The notes under the pieces were generated by a model that worked only from the letters and a program-made list of their open reading frames with translations, was not told the origin of the DNA and searched no databases. From Bacteroidota bacterium (GTDB lineage Bacteria; Bacteroidota; Bacteroidia; UKL13-3), in the NCBI GenBank assembly GCA_027491085.1, contig JAIXWW010000020.1, forward strand, positions 72,586-136,585: 64,000 nt of DNA. Direction: 5' to 3'. This document shows positions 51,958 to 62,665 of this stretch, in pieces; within the stretch, counting starts at the first letter, position 1, and the number at the start of each line of letters is the position of its first letter. The translations under genes and the position numbers were made by a program.

Positions 51958-54900
51958 TTGGTGCTAACTCTACTAAATAAGTCAATTATTAAAACTGTGA
52001 ATGCTTTACTTAAAAGCTTACTAATAGTGCTGTTATTGAGCAGTTTTAGTGTTGCTTCTTGGGCAATAGGTGATACCAAATTTCAAATAAAATTTATTGA
52101 AAATAAAGGTCAATGGACACCTGAAGTTTTATTCAAAGCCGATATTCCCGGAGGGCATTTATTTGTATCGAAAAACTGTTTAACTTACTACTTAATTGAT
52201 AAAAAAGCCGTTCACGACCATCAGCATGGACATAAAATTAAACAAGCCAATGCTCAGGTGGTGAAGGTGTTTTTTGAAAAAGCAACCATAAATGACATTG
52301 AAGTTTCGAAACATTTACCGTTTGAAGAGTACTACAATTTTTTTATTGGCAGCCAAAATAATTGGCAGAGTAAAGTGAGGGCTTATGGACAAATAGTTTT
52401 AAAAAACATATATAAAGGAATTGACTTGGAAATAAACAGTAATGGTTATTATGCCAAATCAAATTTTATAGTGAAACCAAATGCTGATCCCAATCAAATA
52501 AAATTAAAGTATGAAGGTGCTGATTCTATTTTTAAAGAAAACGAGGATTTGGTGGTTAAAACTTGGGTTGGAACTATTGTAGAACAAAAGCCAGAATCGT
52601 TTCAACGTTTAAGTAATGTTTCAACAAGTATTTATTCATCATATAAATTTGAAAAAAATGTTTTAAGCTTCAATATAGGTGAATACCAAAAAGACAGAGA
52701 ACTTATTATAGACCCTACTTTAATATTTGGAACTTATGTAGGTTCTGTTTCCGATAATTTTGGTTTTTGTTCAGCATTTGATTTAAATGGAAATGCCTTT
52801 GCAGGTGGAACTGTTTATGGTGCTAATTTCCCGAAAACAACTGGTCGATTTCAAGCCACATTTGCCGGAGGATTTGGAGGAGGAAATGAATATGCAAGGG
52901 ATTGTATTGTTGCTAAGTTTTCACCAGATGGAACAACCATGCTTTGGGCTTCTTATTTAGGTGGTTCTAGTAATGAACAGCCTCATAGTATGAGTGCAAA
53001 CAGTGTTGGAGATTTGGTTGTAATGGGTTCTACCTATTCTAGTAATTTTCCAGTTAATGCAAATGGTTTTGATAATTCGTTTAATGGTGTTTCTGATATT
53101 TTTATCAGTAAATTAAGTGGTGATGGAACTACATTAAATGGTTCTACCTTTTTGGGTGGTGCTGCTCGTGATGGAATTTCTGGAAATGAAGAACTTGGTT
53201 ATCCAGCCTCTAATGGTATATTATGTTACAATTATTCTGATTGGTACAGAGGTGAAGTTATTTTAGATAGGTTTGATAATATTTATATATCGAGTGTTAC
53301 ATCATCAAAAAATGCCGACTTATTACCTCTTCCCAATGCATTTCAACCAACTTATGGTGGTGGGAATATAGATGGGTTGATTGCTAAATTTAATACTAAC
53401 CTTACCAATTTAAATTTTTGTACCTATGTTGGTGGCTCGGGCGATGATGCTTGTTATGCAATAATAATAGATATACTAAATAATTTATATGTAACGGGTG
53501 GAACTACTTCAAGTAATCTGCCTGGTGCTTCGATTACTTATCCATACAATGCCGATGTGGATGGATATATATTAAAAACCAATACCAGTGCTTTTGGTAC
53601 GCCAACTACCGTATATGTTGGTACTTCATCCTACGATCAATCATTTTTAATTCAGGTAAATGATAGGGGCGATGTTTATGTTATTGGGCAAACTACGGGC
53701 TCCATAAATGTTTCGCCAGGGGTTTATAATGTTCCAAATGGCAAACAATTTATTAAGGGATTTGATAGAAGTTTATCAACTGAAATAGTATCAACTACCT
53801 TTGGTAAACCTGCTGCATTTCCAAGTTTGTCTCCAACTGCTTTTGTGATTGATAAGTGTGATAGGCTTTATTTTAGTGGTTGGGGTGGAAATGTTAATTT
53901 AATAAACAATCCAAATTTAGACAATACCAATGGATTGCCTACCACTACCAATGCATTCCAACGTACTACAGATGGCAGCGATTTTTATCTGATGATTTTA
54001 GGTGATGGCTTAAAGGAACTTTCTTATGCAAGTTTTTATGGTGGACCAAAAAGTGCCGAACATGTAGACGGAGGAACAAGCCATTTCGATAAAAATTTTA
54101 TTATATACCAAACAGTATGTGCAGGTTGTTGGGGTAATAGCGATTTTCCAACTACTACAGGTGCTTGGAGCAATGTCAATCCAGGTAGAAATAATAAATA
54201 TATAGGCAGCGCTGGATGTAATATTGGGGTGTTTAAATTTAATTTAGACGCTTCCATTTACCCACCCGAATTTAGAGATACCATATTGTACGTGAATGCA
54301 GGCGATACACTCGATTTTTTAGCAAACATTATTGATAAGGACAATGATTCTATTTCGGTTTTAGCCAATGGAAAAATATTAATGCCGGGCATTAATCCAG
54401 CTATTTTTACTGTTGAAAGTAGATCAAAAGGTTTAACCCAAGCTAGGTTAAAATGGGCAACTTTATGTAAAGACTTTGTGAGTGATACTTTTTTAGTAGA
54501 TTTAAGTTTAGTGGATGATGCTTGCCCTGTTTCAAAAACAGGTTCTGGTAAAATAAAAATTATAGTATTGTCACCTCCCATTCCAAGTCCATTTTTAGCT
54601 TGTCTTTCATCTGTTGATGATAATACTGTGAATATAAAATGGAATGCATACGCTACTAAGCCTGCTACATTTGGACATTTGAAATTATTAAAAAGTATAA
54701 ACAATGGGCCATTTGTGGTTATTGATACCATTGCCGATTGGCAAACTATAAACAGGTTAGATTTAAATGCCTTAAATCATAAGATTTTACAAACTCAATA
54801 CAAACTAGTTAGTGTAAATAATTGCGGCATTATTGGTGATACAAGTAGGATAATTAGCAGTATTTACGTAGGAGATACCATTAAGAATCCTAGCTTTTTA

Positions 54901-56346
54901 GATGTTGCTGATACTGTCATCAATATCATTCAAACCGATACTTTAGACGCTCAATTTTTTGTTTCTTCTATCGACCCAAAAGATTCATTGTTTTTATCAC
55001 TTTCGGGCTCTTTATTGGATTTTAGTAATATAACTTTTACCCAATTGAATGGTTTAGGACAAGCTATAGTTGGTTTTAAAATGATTACTGATTGTGATAC
55101 TGAGTTGAAATCATACGTGTTATATTTTAAAGTTAGAGATAATCAATGTCCTCAACCACGCGAAAAAACAAAGGTAATTACTGTCAATGTGTTGCCAATT
55201 AGTAGTTTGCCAGTGCCAGATATTAACTGTCCAATAAGAATTAATAATCAATCAGTAAAAGTAACTTTACCACAATTTAGTAGTACTAAGTATTTTAAAA
55301 AATTGAAATTAGTTAGGTATAACGAAAGTAATTTTGCTACCATAGTAGGGGAATATCCTACCTTACCTACCGATTTAATTATTACCGACAATAATGCTAC
55401 CAATAATAGAGTCATCAATTATTGTTACCAAACAATTAGTTACGATGTGTGTGATCATCCTGTTGATAGTTCTAATAGAGCTTGTATGCAAATAACAGAT
55501 GGTAATTATCCTCAAAAATTAACATGGTATACAGTAACAGTTAAGGATGATAAAGAAGTAAAATTGGTTTGGAATAAATCGAAAAATGATAGCAAAGCAT
55601 TTTTAAATTATTCAATATATAAAATGCAGGATAGAAATGGAAACGGTTTTAACTTTATTGGTAGTGTTAATAATATTAGCGATACGTCTTTTATTGATAA
55701 GGATGTAAAGGTTGATGACCATTCGTATTGCTATAAAGTAACCAATTCAAACGCTTGCGGAATTGAAAGTATCAATAACGACTCGGCTTGCAGCATTTTA
55801 CTTAAAGGTGTTTCTGAAAAATTAGCACATACGCTTGAATGGCAAGATTATAATTATTGGACATTAGGTGCTCAAAAATTTGATTTACTAAGGTCCAATG
55901 CTTATGACCCTACTTTTAGTAATATTTTACCTAATAGTACTAAACAATTGGTAGTACAGGATACTAAGTTAGATTACAATGTTGGGTTGTATTATTATCA
56001 AACAATAGCCTACCAAAATCCTAATATTGGCAATGCCACTAGCGAGTCGAATATTATTGAATTGGTACAAGCACCTTATGTTTATGCACCAAATGCTTAC
56101 ACTGCAAATGGTGATAACTTAAATGATGTTTGGAAAGTATCGCATGCTTTTGTAAAAGAATATAACCTTAAAATATATAACCGTTGGGGGCAATTGATTT
56201 TTGAAACCAACGATAAAAACAAACCATTTAATTTAAATATTGGTACCCTAATTATAGCAAATGATGTGTATGTTTATTTAATTGAATACAATGGATGGAA
56301 TGGCGAGAGCAATACTTTAAAAGGAAATTTTACTGTTTTGAAGTAA
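51958..56346 (+). CDS. Giant surface protein with SBBP beta-propeller repeats and a T9SS type-B (gliding-motility-associated, CHU_C-like) C-terminal sorting domain
   Basis: 1462 aa. The repeats YVGGSGDDACYAI...LYVTGGTTSSNLPGA are SBBP-like. The C-terminal APNAYTANGDNLNDVW...LKIYNRWGQLIFE...GNFTVLK matches the PNAFTPNGDGxND...NRWGxxVF signature. TTG start in the track. Confidence 0.85.
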   Translation: MVLTLLNKSIIKTVNALLKSLLIVLLLSSFSVASWAIGDTKFQIKFIENKGQWTPEVLFKADIPGGHLFVSKNCLTYYLIDKKAVHDHQHGHKIKQANAQVVKVFFEKATINDIEVSKHLPFEEYYNFFIGSQNNWQSKVRAYGQIVLKNIYKGIDLEINSNGYYAKSNFIVKPNADPNQIKLKYEGADSIFKENEDLVVKTWVGTIVEQKPESFQRLSNVSTSIYSSYKFEKNVLSFNIGEYQKDRELIIDPTLIFGTYVGSVSDNFGFCSAFDLNGNAFAGGTVYGANFPKTTGRFQATFAGGFGGGNEYARDCIVAKFSPDGTTMLWASYLGGSSNEQPHSMSANSVGDLVVMGSTYSSNFPVNANGFDNSFNGVSDIFISKLSGDGTTLNGSTFLGGAARDGISGNEELGYPASNGILCYNYSDWYRGEVILDRFDNIYISSVTSSKNADLLPLPNAFQPTYGGGNIDGLIAKFNTNLTNLNFCTYVGGSGDDACYAIIIDILNNLYVTGGTTSSNLPGASITYPYNADVDGYILKTNTSAFGTPTTVYVGTSSYDQSFLIQVNDRGDVYVIGQTTGSINVSPGVYNVPNGKQFIKGFDRSLSTEIVSTTFGKPAAFPSLSPTAFVIDKCDRLYFSGWGGNVNLINNPNLDNTNGLPTTTNAFQRTTDGSDFYLMILGDGLKELSYASFYGGPKSAEHVDGGTSHFDKNFIIYQTVCAGCWGNSDFPTTTGAWSNVNPGRNNKYIGSAGCNIGVFKFNLDASIYPPEFRDTILYVNAGDTLDFLANIIDKDNDSISVLANGKILMPGINPAIFTVESRSKGLTQARLKWATLCKDFVSDTFLVDLSLVDDACPVSKTGSGKIKIIVLSPPIPSPFLACLSSVDDNTVNIKWNAYATKPATFGHLKLLKSINNGPFVVIDTIADWQTINRLDLNALNHKILQTQYKLVSVNNCGIIGDTSRIISSIYVGDTIKNPSFLDVADTVINIIQTDTLDAQFFVSSIDPKDSLFLSLSGSLLDFSNITFTQLNGLGQAIVGFKMITDCDTELKSYVLYFKVRDNQCPQPREKTKVITVNVLPISSLPVPDINCPIRINNQSVKVTLPQFSSTKYFKKLKLVRYNESNFATIVGEYPTLPTDLIITDNNATNNRVINYCYQTISYDVCDHPVDSSNRACMQITDGNYPQKLTWYTVTVKDDKEVKLVWNKSKNDSKAFLNYSIYKMQDRNGNGFNFIGSVNNISDTSFIDKDVKVDDHSYCYKVTNSNACGIESINNDSACSILLKGVSEKLAHTLEWQDYNYWTLGAQKFDLLRSNAYDPTFSNILPNSTKQLVVQDTKLDYNVGLYYYQTIAYQNPNIGNATSESNIIELVQAPYVYAPNAYTANGDNLNDVWKVSHAFVKEYNLKIYNRWGQLIFETNDKNKPFNLNIGTLIIANDVYVYLIEYNGWNGESNTLKGNFTVLK

Positions 56347-56349
56347 TAT

Positions 56350-57138
56350 TTAAAAATTCAGAATTAATCCAATAGAATAAACACCTAAATCAGTATCGGT
56401 ATATTTATTTTGATAAGATTTTAGGTTTCCAAAGCTGTCAAATTCAATAGTTTTTGGATCAACCACTTTTGAGTAATTGCCAAAATTTTTCAGGTATCGC
56501 AATTCCATTTTTATACCTTTTGATAAATTTAATTTTATACCTCCTCCATAACCATAAATTTGTGTTGCATCTCCCTCCAAGTTTTTAGTGTTGGTTTGTT
56601 TATTATTTTGTGCATCATAGAAGGTAATATTTTGGCGGGTATAAAAGAATCTTCCACCCCAAAATGCAGTCCCAAAAATTGTTATCGGCCAATTAGGGCC
56701 TAACTCCAAATCGGCATAAGGATACCAGCCGTATGCATTGCTGTTAATGGCTACATCTACATTGTTTGCTTGGCTAATTTTTTTACCCCCAAAATATAAG
56801 TAATCAAAACCTAAACCAGTATAAAGTGCAATGGGCGCATCTTTTATTAAGTTAAATCCTAATTTGATTCCAAATCCAAAACCATTTTCCATGATATCAC
56901 TTTGGTTTAAAGTGGTACCATAATTTAATGAGGCTCCTAATTGAATACTGTTGTTGTCGTCAATAGCAATAGGAGGTACTGCTTGGTTAGATGAAGATAC
57001 AGCAGAGTTTGTTTGGTTGTTAATGCTTGTATCGCTTTTGTAATTAGGGTTTATTTTGCCAGCATTGGTGTTAGGGTTACGCTGTGCAAATAACCCTACA
57101 ATGATTAAGTTTAAAAAAACTGTTATTAAAAGTCTCAT
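56350..57138 (-). CDS. Small outer-membrane beta-barrel protein (hypothetical)
   Basis: 262 aa with a signal peptide, Gly/aromatic-rich strands and the C-terminal ...GLILNF. Confidence 0.55.
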   Translation of the reverse strand: MRLLITVFLNLIIVGLFAQRNPNTNAGKINPNYKSDTSINNQTNSAVSSSNQAVPPIAIDDNNSIQLGASLNYGTTLNQSDIMENGFGFGIKLGFNLIKDAPIALYTGLGFDYLYFGGKKISQANNVDVAINSNAYGWYPYADLELGPNWPITIFGTAFWGGRFFYTRQNITFYDAQNNKQTNTKNLEGDATQIYGYGGGIKLNLSKGIKMELRYLKNFGNYSKVVDPKTIEFDSFGNLKSYQNKYTDTDLGVYSIGLILNF

Positions 57139-57180
57139 TAATTTATTTTTTTGAATGCTTATCTAAAACTATACCACAAA

Positions 57181-58302
57181 TTAAAACCAAATTGTAATAT
57201 TGGTGATTAGTAAATTACTTTTATTGCTCGGCTTACTATCAGCATTTATATAAACATTGCTTTCCGATAAGTAATTTCGGGCCTCTAATCTAAATAATGC
57301 ATTTTGACTAACCTTTTTAGTGAAACAAATAGCCGAACTAAAAGTACTAAATCCCTTCATGCCAGTAATTGGTTTAATCATTACCTCATTATTATCTTTA
57401 AAATACTCTACTCTTCCCGCAAAAAATGCATTTTTATTATACTTAACTTTTGCTATAAAATTGGCTTGCCACCAGTTATTAAAATATTTATTTCCAGTTA
57501 TGGAATCATTGCATTGTTGATAGCCTAAATAAACACAGCTGGTAAACGAAAATTTACCATCAGGATTATAAATGGCATATAAATCGGTAAAATACCTGTT
57601 ACCATAATTTGGATTTAACTTGGAGCTTTCATCTCCCACATAAGTATTCCAATTAAGTAAAAGTTTATTATTGGGTCGGTATTCAATTTGAGTTCCAAAT
57701 GAAAGTGGATTGTTAACATCTGATATTTGTTGCCAACCATTTAGTAGGTATAAATAAGCGATTATTTTTTTTCCAAAAGGAACTGAAACTTTGGCACCAG
57801 ATAGGTAATAAGGCACATATTCAGGGGCAAAAGAACGTGTGTACATAAAATGATCTTTTGAAATAGCCGACTCATTAGTATAAGGCGAACCAATTACGCC
57901 TGCATCAACCCAAATTTCTTTATTCTTAAATAATTTTAAACCTACATTGGCTTCTATCAAATTTTTTAAAGAACCACTTTCACTTACATAATTTGAGTTA
58001 ACATAACTTCCAAAACCAGGGATTATTCTTGCCCTAACCTTATCGTTTTTATATTTTAAATCAACATAAACTAAGTTAATATTTACTTCGTTGTGCCTTG
58101 ATGATGAAACAGCATAATCTCTATCAAAGCTCTTTGGTTGGTTAAAATCAAAGCCATAATATACATCTACATAGCCCGAAACATTTAACTTTCCGTTTTC
58201 GGTACTATCCATTTGTTCTACCATACCCGTATTGCTCACTTGCGCATAATTTTTTAAACCAATAGCTATAAACATAATGGTGAGGAGTAAACTTTTTTTC
58301 AT
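57181..58302 (-). CDS. Porin-like outer-membrane beta-barrel protein
   Basis: 373 aa with a signal peptide, alternating strand pattern and the C-terminal ...ITIWF. Confidence 0.6.
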   Translation of the reverse strand: MKKSLLLTIMFIAIGLKNYAQVSNTGMVEQMDSTENGKLNVSGYVDVYYGFDFNQPKSFDRDYAVSSSRHNEVNINLVYVDLKYKNDKVRARIIPGFGSYVNSNYVSESGSLKNLIEANVGLKLFKNKEIWVDAGVIGSPYTNESAISKDHFMYTRSFAPEYVPYYLSGAKVSVPFGKKIIAYLYLLNGWQQISDVNNPLSFGTQIEYRPNNKLLLNWNTYVGDESSKLNPNYGNRYFTDLYAIYNPDGKFSFTSCVYLGYQQCNDSITGNKYFNNWWQANFIAKVKYNKNAFFAGRVEYFKDNNEVMIKPITGMKGFSTFSSAICFTKKVSQNALFRLEARNYLSESNVYINADSKPSNKSNLLITNITIWF

Positions 58303-58389
58303 GGCAATTAATTATAGGGTTTCTATAAAACACAAAAAGCGACCTTTAACCAGTCGCTATTTGTAAGTAAAATTTATATTATCGATCAT

Positions 58390-59952
58390 TTATTGTTCAA
58401 ATTCAACTTTGAATTCAACCCTACGATTTTTAGTTTTTCCTTCTTTTGTAGAATTATCATAAGCAGGTTTTGTATCTCCAAAACCTTCAGAACGCACTCT
58501 TTCAGTTTTAACACCTTTGCTTTCTAAGTATTTTTCAACTGCTGCCGCTCTGTCTTGTGATAATTTTAAGTTTTTAGCCGCATCACCAACATTATCGGTA
58601 TGACCTAAAATGTATAATTTGTAAGTTGGATTTTCTGCCATTATCTTAGCTACGTTATTTAAAATAGCAAATGAATTAGGTTTAATAATAGATTTGCCAG
58701 TTTCGAACTGAACACCTTGTAATGCTTTTTCAAATAATTGTTTAACTGCAGCTTTAATTTCTGGGCAACCATTATTTGCAGCTACACCAGCTACTTTAGG
58801 GCAATTATCTAGTTTGTCTTCAATGCCATCGTTATCTGTATCAGGACAACCTCTGAATGCTGCAATACCAACAACGGTAGGGCAAGCATCTTCGCTATCT
58901 TGAATTCCATCGTTATCTGTATCAGGGCAACCTTTGAATGTTGCAATACCAGCAACGGTAGGACAAGCATCTTCGCTATCTTGGATACCATCATTATCAG
59001 AATCAGGGCAACCTTTAAATTTAGCAATACCAGCAACAGTTGGACATTTGTCTTCACTGTCTTGAACTCCATCGTTATCAGAATCAGGGCAACCTTTAAA
59101 ATTAGCTACACCAGCTACTAGTGGACAAGCATCTTTATTATCAGCTATTCCATCTTTATCACTATCAATTGAACAACCTGTGGTTGGGTTAACTAAATCA
59201 CCAGCAGGTGTATTTGGACACTTATCTCTTTTGTCACCAACTCCGTCACCGTCTGTATCAATAACTTTACCTAAATTCATTGTTACACCAATAGTATGAA
59301 ACCAAGCTTGGTCATATGTTAGTTGTTCATATAATGGTAAACCTTCTACTTTATCATTATTTGTCCACATGTAATTTGATTGGATATTCATGCCAAATTT
59401 TTCAGTTAATTTAACATTTACCCCTAAACCAGCAGGAACAGTAAATTCATATAAACCACCTTCGTCTAAACCAAAAATCCCAAAATCTTCCATTCTAGTT
59501 TTTGGCATGTTTATTCTTCTTGCGCCTAAACCTAAAGTAACATAAGGGGTAAACATAGCATTATCTTTTTCTAAAAATTTCCAACGAGGGGTAATTTCAA
59601 ATCCTAAAGTTTGACGGTAAAAATTACCTGTGGTAGTGCTACCTATTACGTTAGGTTTGTCAAAATATCCCCATTCTCCAAGATATCCTCTTGCCGAAAT
59701 ATCAAATTGGTTACTTAAATACCTAGTTATTGTTAAATAACCAATACCTGGTGTGTTTTGTGATACACCTCCACCATTATTTGCCACATCATGTGGTGTT
59801 AAATCAAATTTAAAAAATCCATTTCCCAAGTCGCCTGAGTATTCAGAGATACCAACACCAAGACCAATTTGCCAAGGCATATCTTTGGTTTGAGCCTGAC
59901 CATATTGGCCAAAACAAGTTACTAATAGTGCACCTAATAAAAGTTTCTTCAT
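58390..59952 (-). CDS. OmpA-family protein with an N-terminal beta-barrel, thrombospondin type-3 repeats and a C-terminal OmpA peptidoglycan-binding domain
   Basis: 520 aa with DxDxDGxxDxxD repeats (CPDSDNDGVQDSEDKCP...). The OmpA_C motifs are ILGHTDNVGDAAKNLKLSQDRAAAV and NRRVEF. Confidence 0.9.
   Translation of the reverse strand: MKKLLLGALLVTCFGQYGQAQTKDMPWQIGLGVGISEYSGDLGNGFFKFDLTPHDVANNGGGVSQNTPGIGYLTITRYLSNQFDISARGYLGEWGYFDKPNVIGSTTTGNFYRQTLGFEITPRWKFLEKDNAMFTPYVTLGLGARRINMPKTRMEDFGIFGLDEGGLYEFTVPAGLGVNVKLTEKFGMNIQSNYMWTNNDKVEGLPLYEQLTYDQAWFHTIGVTMNLGKVIDTDGDGVGDKRDKCPNTPAGDLVNPTTGCSIDSDKDGIADNKDACPLVAGVANFKGCPDSDNDGVQDSEDKCPTVAGIAKFKGCPDSDNDGIQDSEDACPTVAGIATFKGCPDTDNDGIQDSEDACPTVVGIAAFRGCPDTDNDGIEDKLDNCPKVAGVAANNGCPEIKAAVKQLFEKALQGVQFETGKSIIKPNSFAILNNVAKIMAENPTYKLYILGHTDNVGDAAKNLKLSQDRAAAVEKYLESKGVKTERVRSEGFGDTKPAYDNSTKEGKTKNRRVEFKVEFEQ
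58800..59230 (-). repeat. In-frame tandem 81-bp (27-aa) coding repeats encoding TSP3 units
   Basis: The CCATC(G/A)TTATC anchor recurs at 58826, 58907, 58988, 59069 and 59150, an exact 81-nt period. Confidence 0.9.
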
Positions 59953-60239
59953 ATTACTTAATCATTATTTAAGGTGCAATATAGTTTACAAAATCAAACT
60001 AAAACAGTATTTGAGATTTTTTAATACCATAAAATTAAAAATAATAGAGTATTTGAATTGCCGATTATTTTTATAAACTAAATTTAATAAAATTTACAAA
60101 ACACGCAAAAAAATAATAATCAGCGCATTAGAGAGTAGAGTTTTGTTTTAAAATTAAAAAAATAAATAACCATCAAATCTGTTATTGCATTAGGCTTTTT
60201 TTAGCTTGATTTGAAAAAAAATATTTTTCATTTTAATTT

Positions 60240-61013
60240 ATGATGCAAGTAATTATTTTAGGTAGTGGAAATATGGCATTTGCTATTTTAACTTCATGTT
60301 TGAATACAGACGTTGAAATTGTAGGAATATTTTCAAAAACCAAGGAAAATAGTATTGCTTTGGCAAATAATTTTAATGTAAAAGCCTACCAGAGTATAAG
60401 TGAAATACCAACCAATGCCGATTTATACCTGCTTTGTATAAACGATGATTCAATTAATGAGGTGGCCAATAATTTGCCAATAGTAGACGGTTTAGTAGTA
60501 CACTGCTCAGGTTTAAAGCCAATATCAGAACTCAATAAACAAATCAATCAAGCTGTTTTTTGGCCAATTGAAAGTATCAATAAAAATTCATTTAGCGATT
60601 TTAAAAACACTCCTATTTGTATTGAAGCAAATAGCGAAGAAAATTATAGAATAATAGAGGCATTTGCCGATAGGCTTTCAAAAAATGTAAATAAAATAAG
60701 CAGTGCAGAACGTCAATATTTGCACTTGGCAGCTACCATTACCAATAATTTTAGTAATCACTTAATTGCATTGGCAAAACAAGAGTTAGATTTCCAACAC
60801 TTAGATTATACCATTTTAAAGCATTTATTAACTAAAGCAATCAATAATTCGTTTAACTTTGAACCTAGCAAAATTCAAACAGGACCAGCAATAAGAAACG
60901 ATATAAGCACCATGCAAAAACACTTAAATTTATTACAAAACACTCACACAAAAGATTTGTATGAATTAATGAGTAAAAGTATATTCGAATTAAAAGAAAA
61001 CAACTATGCGTAA
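60240..61013 (+). CDS. Rossmann-like / DUF2520-domain protein
   Basis: 257 aa with an N-terminal VIILGSGNMAF dinucleotide-binding-like loop. The C-terminal QTGPAIRNDISTMQKHL fits the DUF2520 signature. Confidence 0.65.
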   Translation: MMQVIILGSGNMAFAILTSCLNTDVEIVGIFSKTKENSIALANNFNVKAYQSISEIPTNADLYLLCINDDSINEVANNLPIVDGLVVHCSGLKPISELNKQINQAVFWPIESINKNSFSDFKNTPICIEANSEENYRIIEAFADRLSKNVNKISSAERQYLHLAATITNNFSNHLIALAKQELDFQHLDYTILKHLLTKAINNSFNFEPSKIQTGPAIRNDISTMQKHLNLLQNTHTKDLYELMSKSIFELKENNYA

Positions 61014-62262
61014 ACTATTAGTTATACTATTCCTATTTTGTTCCTTATCTAGTTTTGCTAGCCGAATATTAATTCCAATGGATGAAGGACAAAAAAATCA
61101 TTTGAAGGCATATGGATTGGCATTTTGGATTTTACAAAAAGACATTGAAGTAGATTGGCTTTTAAACTACAAAGCAGGCAGTTTTATGTTTGGTTATGAC
61201 CAAGTTTATGAACGAGAACTAAAGATTAGAGGCATTAGTTATGAAATTATTAGCGAAGCTCAAGTTTCAGAAATATTATTACAAATAGCTAAACCCGATG
61301 TTAATATGGAGTTAGTAAAACTCTATAAAGCTCCTAAAATTGCTGTTTATTCTCCTAAAACCAAACAACCTTGGGATGATGCAGTAACCATGGTTTTAAC
61401 TTATGCAGAAATTCCTTACGAAGTTGTTTTTGATGATGAACTATTGAGCGATAAATTAGTAAAGTACGATTGGCTTCACTTGCATCACGAAGACTTTACT
61501 GGTCAATATGGTAAGTTTTATGCGCAGTTTGCCAACACTGCTTGGTATCAGGCTGAAGTTAAAGAAAATGAATCTATGGCAGCTAAACATGGTTTTAAGA
61601 AAGTATCAGAACTTAAATTAGCAGTAGCAAAAAAAATAAGAGATTTTACTTTAGGTGGCGGATTTTTATTTGCTATGTGCAGCGCTACAGATACCTACGA
61701 TATTGCCATGGCAGCTGATGGAATTGATATTTGCGAAAGCATTTTTGATGGCGATCCTGCCGACCATGATGCTAATGCTAAACTTGACTTTAGCAAAACT
61801 ATTGCCTTTAAAGATTTTAACTTAGTTATGAATCCTTATGAGTACGAATATTCATACATAGACGCAACACCTGATACTAGACCCGTAAATGAAGAAAACG
61901 ATGTGTTTTCTTTATTTGAATTTTCAGCAAAATGGGATTTAGTACCAACTATGTTATGTCAAAACCATACCAGCACAGTTAAAGGTTTTATGGGGCAAAC
62001 TACTGCTTTTAGAAAACAGTTTATTAAAAGTGATGTATTGATATTAGGTGAAAGTAAACAACTGAAAGAAGCAAAATATATACATGGTAGTTTAGGTAAA
62101 GGTACTTGGACTTTTTATGGAGGCCATGATCCTGAAGATTATCAGCATATGGTTGGTGAACCACCAACCGATTTAAACTTACATCCAAATTCGCCAGGTT
62201 ACAGACTTATTTTAAATAATATATTGTTCCCAAGTGCTAAAAAGAAAAAGTTAAAAACGTAG
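61006..62262 (+). CDS. Conserved secreted protein of unknown function (possible class-I glutamine-amidotransferase-like fold)
   Basis: 418 aa with a signal peptide. GGFLFAMCSATD resembles a nucleophile-elbow Cys. It overlaps the upstream gene by 8 nt. The family was not verified. Confidence 0.45.
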   Translation: MRKLLVILFLFCSLSSFASRILIPMDEGQKNHLKAYGLAFWILQKDIEVDWLLNYKAGSFMFGYDQVYERELKIRGISYEIISEAQVSEILLQIAKPDVNMELVKLYKAPKIAVYSPKTKQPWDDAVTMVLTYAEIPYEVVFDDELLSDKLVKYDWLHLHHEDFTGQYGKFYAQFANTAWYQAEVKENESMAAKHGFKKVSELKLAVAKKIRDFTLGGGFLFAMCSATDTYDIAMAADGIDICESIFDGDPADHDANAKLDFSKTIAFKDFNLVMNPYEYEYSYIDATPDTRPVNEENDVFSLFEFSAKWDLVPTMLCQNHTSTVKGFMGQTTAFRKQFIKSDVLILGESKQLKEAKYIHGSLGKGTWTFYGGHDPEDYQHMVGEPPTDLNLHPNSPGYRLILNNILFPSAKKKKLKT

Positions 62263-62268
62263 TATAAT

Positions 62269-62655
62269 TTGATACTAAATAAAATCCATCATATCGCTAT
62301 TATTTGTAGTAATTATGCTGTTTCAAAGCAGTTTTATACTGAAGTTATTGGCTTAGAAATTTTGAATGAAACTTACAGGGCAGAGCGAGATTCCTATAAG
62401 CTTGATTTGGCCTTAAATGGAGTTTATATTGTTGAATTATTTTCGTTTCCTAATCCGCCCAAAAGACTAAGCAGGCCTGAAGCTACCGGACTTAGGCATT
62501 TGGCATTTGAGGTAAATAATTTAACGGAAGTAGTTTGTAAAATGAATTCCCTTAACATTGATATTGAACCAATAAGAATTGATGAATTTACCAATAAAAA
62601 ATTCACTTTTATAGCCGACCCTGATGGTTTACCCATTGAGTTTTATGAAAAGTAA
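62269..62655 (+). CDS. VOC-family (glyoxalase I-like, YaeR-type) metalloprotein
   Basis: 128 aa with IHHIAIICSNYAVSKQFY... and ...GLRHLAFEV... paired beta-alpha-beta-beta-beta modules. TTG start in the track. Confidence 0.8.
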   Translation: MILNKIHHIAIICSNYAVSKQFYTEVIGLEILNETYRAERDSYKLDLALNGVYIVELFSFPNPPKRLSRPEATGLRHLAFEVNNLTEVVCKMNSLNIDIEPIRIDEFTNKKFTFIADPDGLPIEFYEK

Positions 62656-62665
62656 ACCTAAAAAA

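Noticed and set aside
58809-59121. 87-aa and 73-aa ORFs overlapping the OmpA/TSP3 gene
   Set aside because: They are alternative-frame and antisense readings of the 81-bp coding repeats, and their periodic sequences mirror the repeat.
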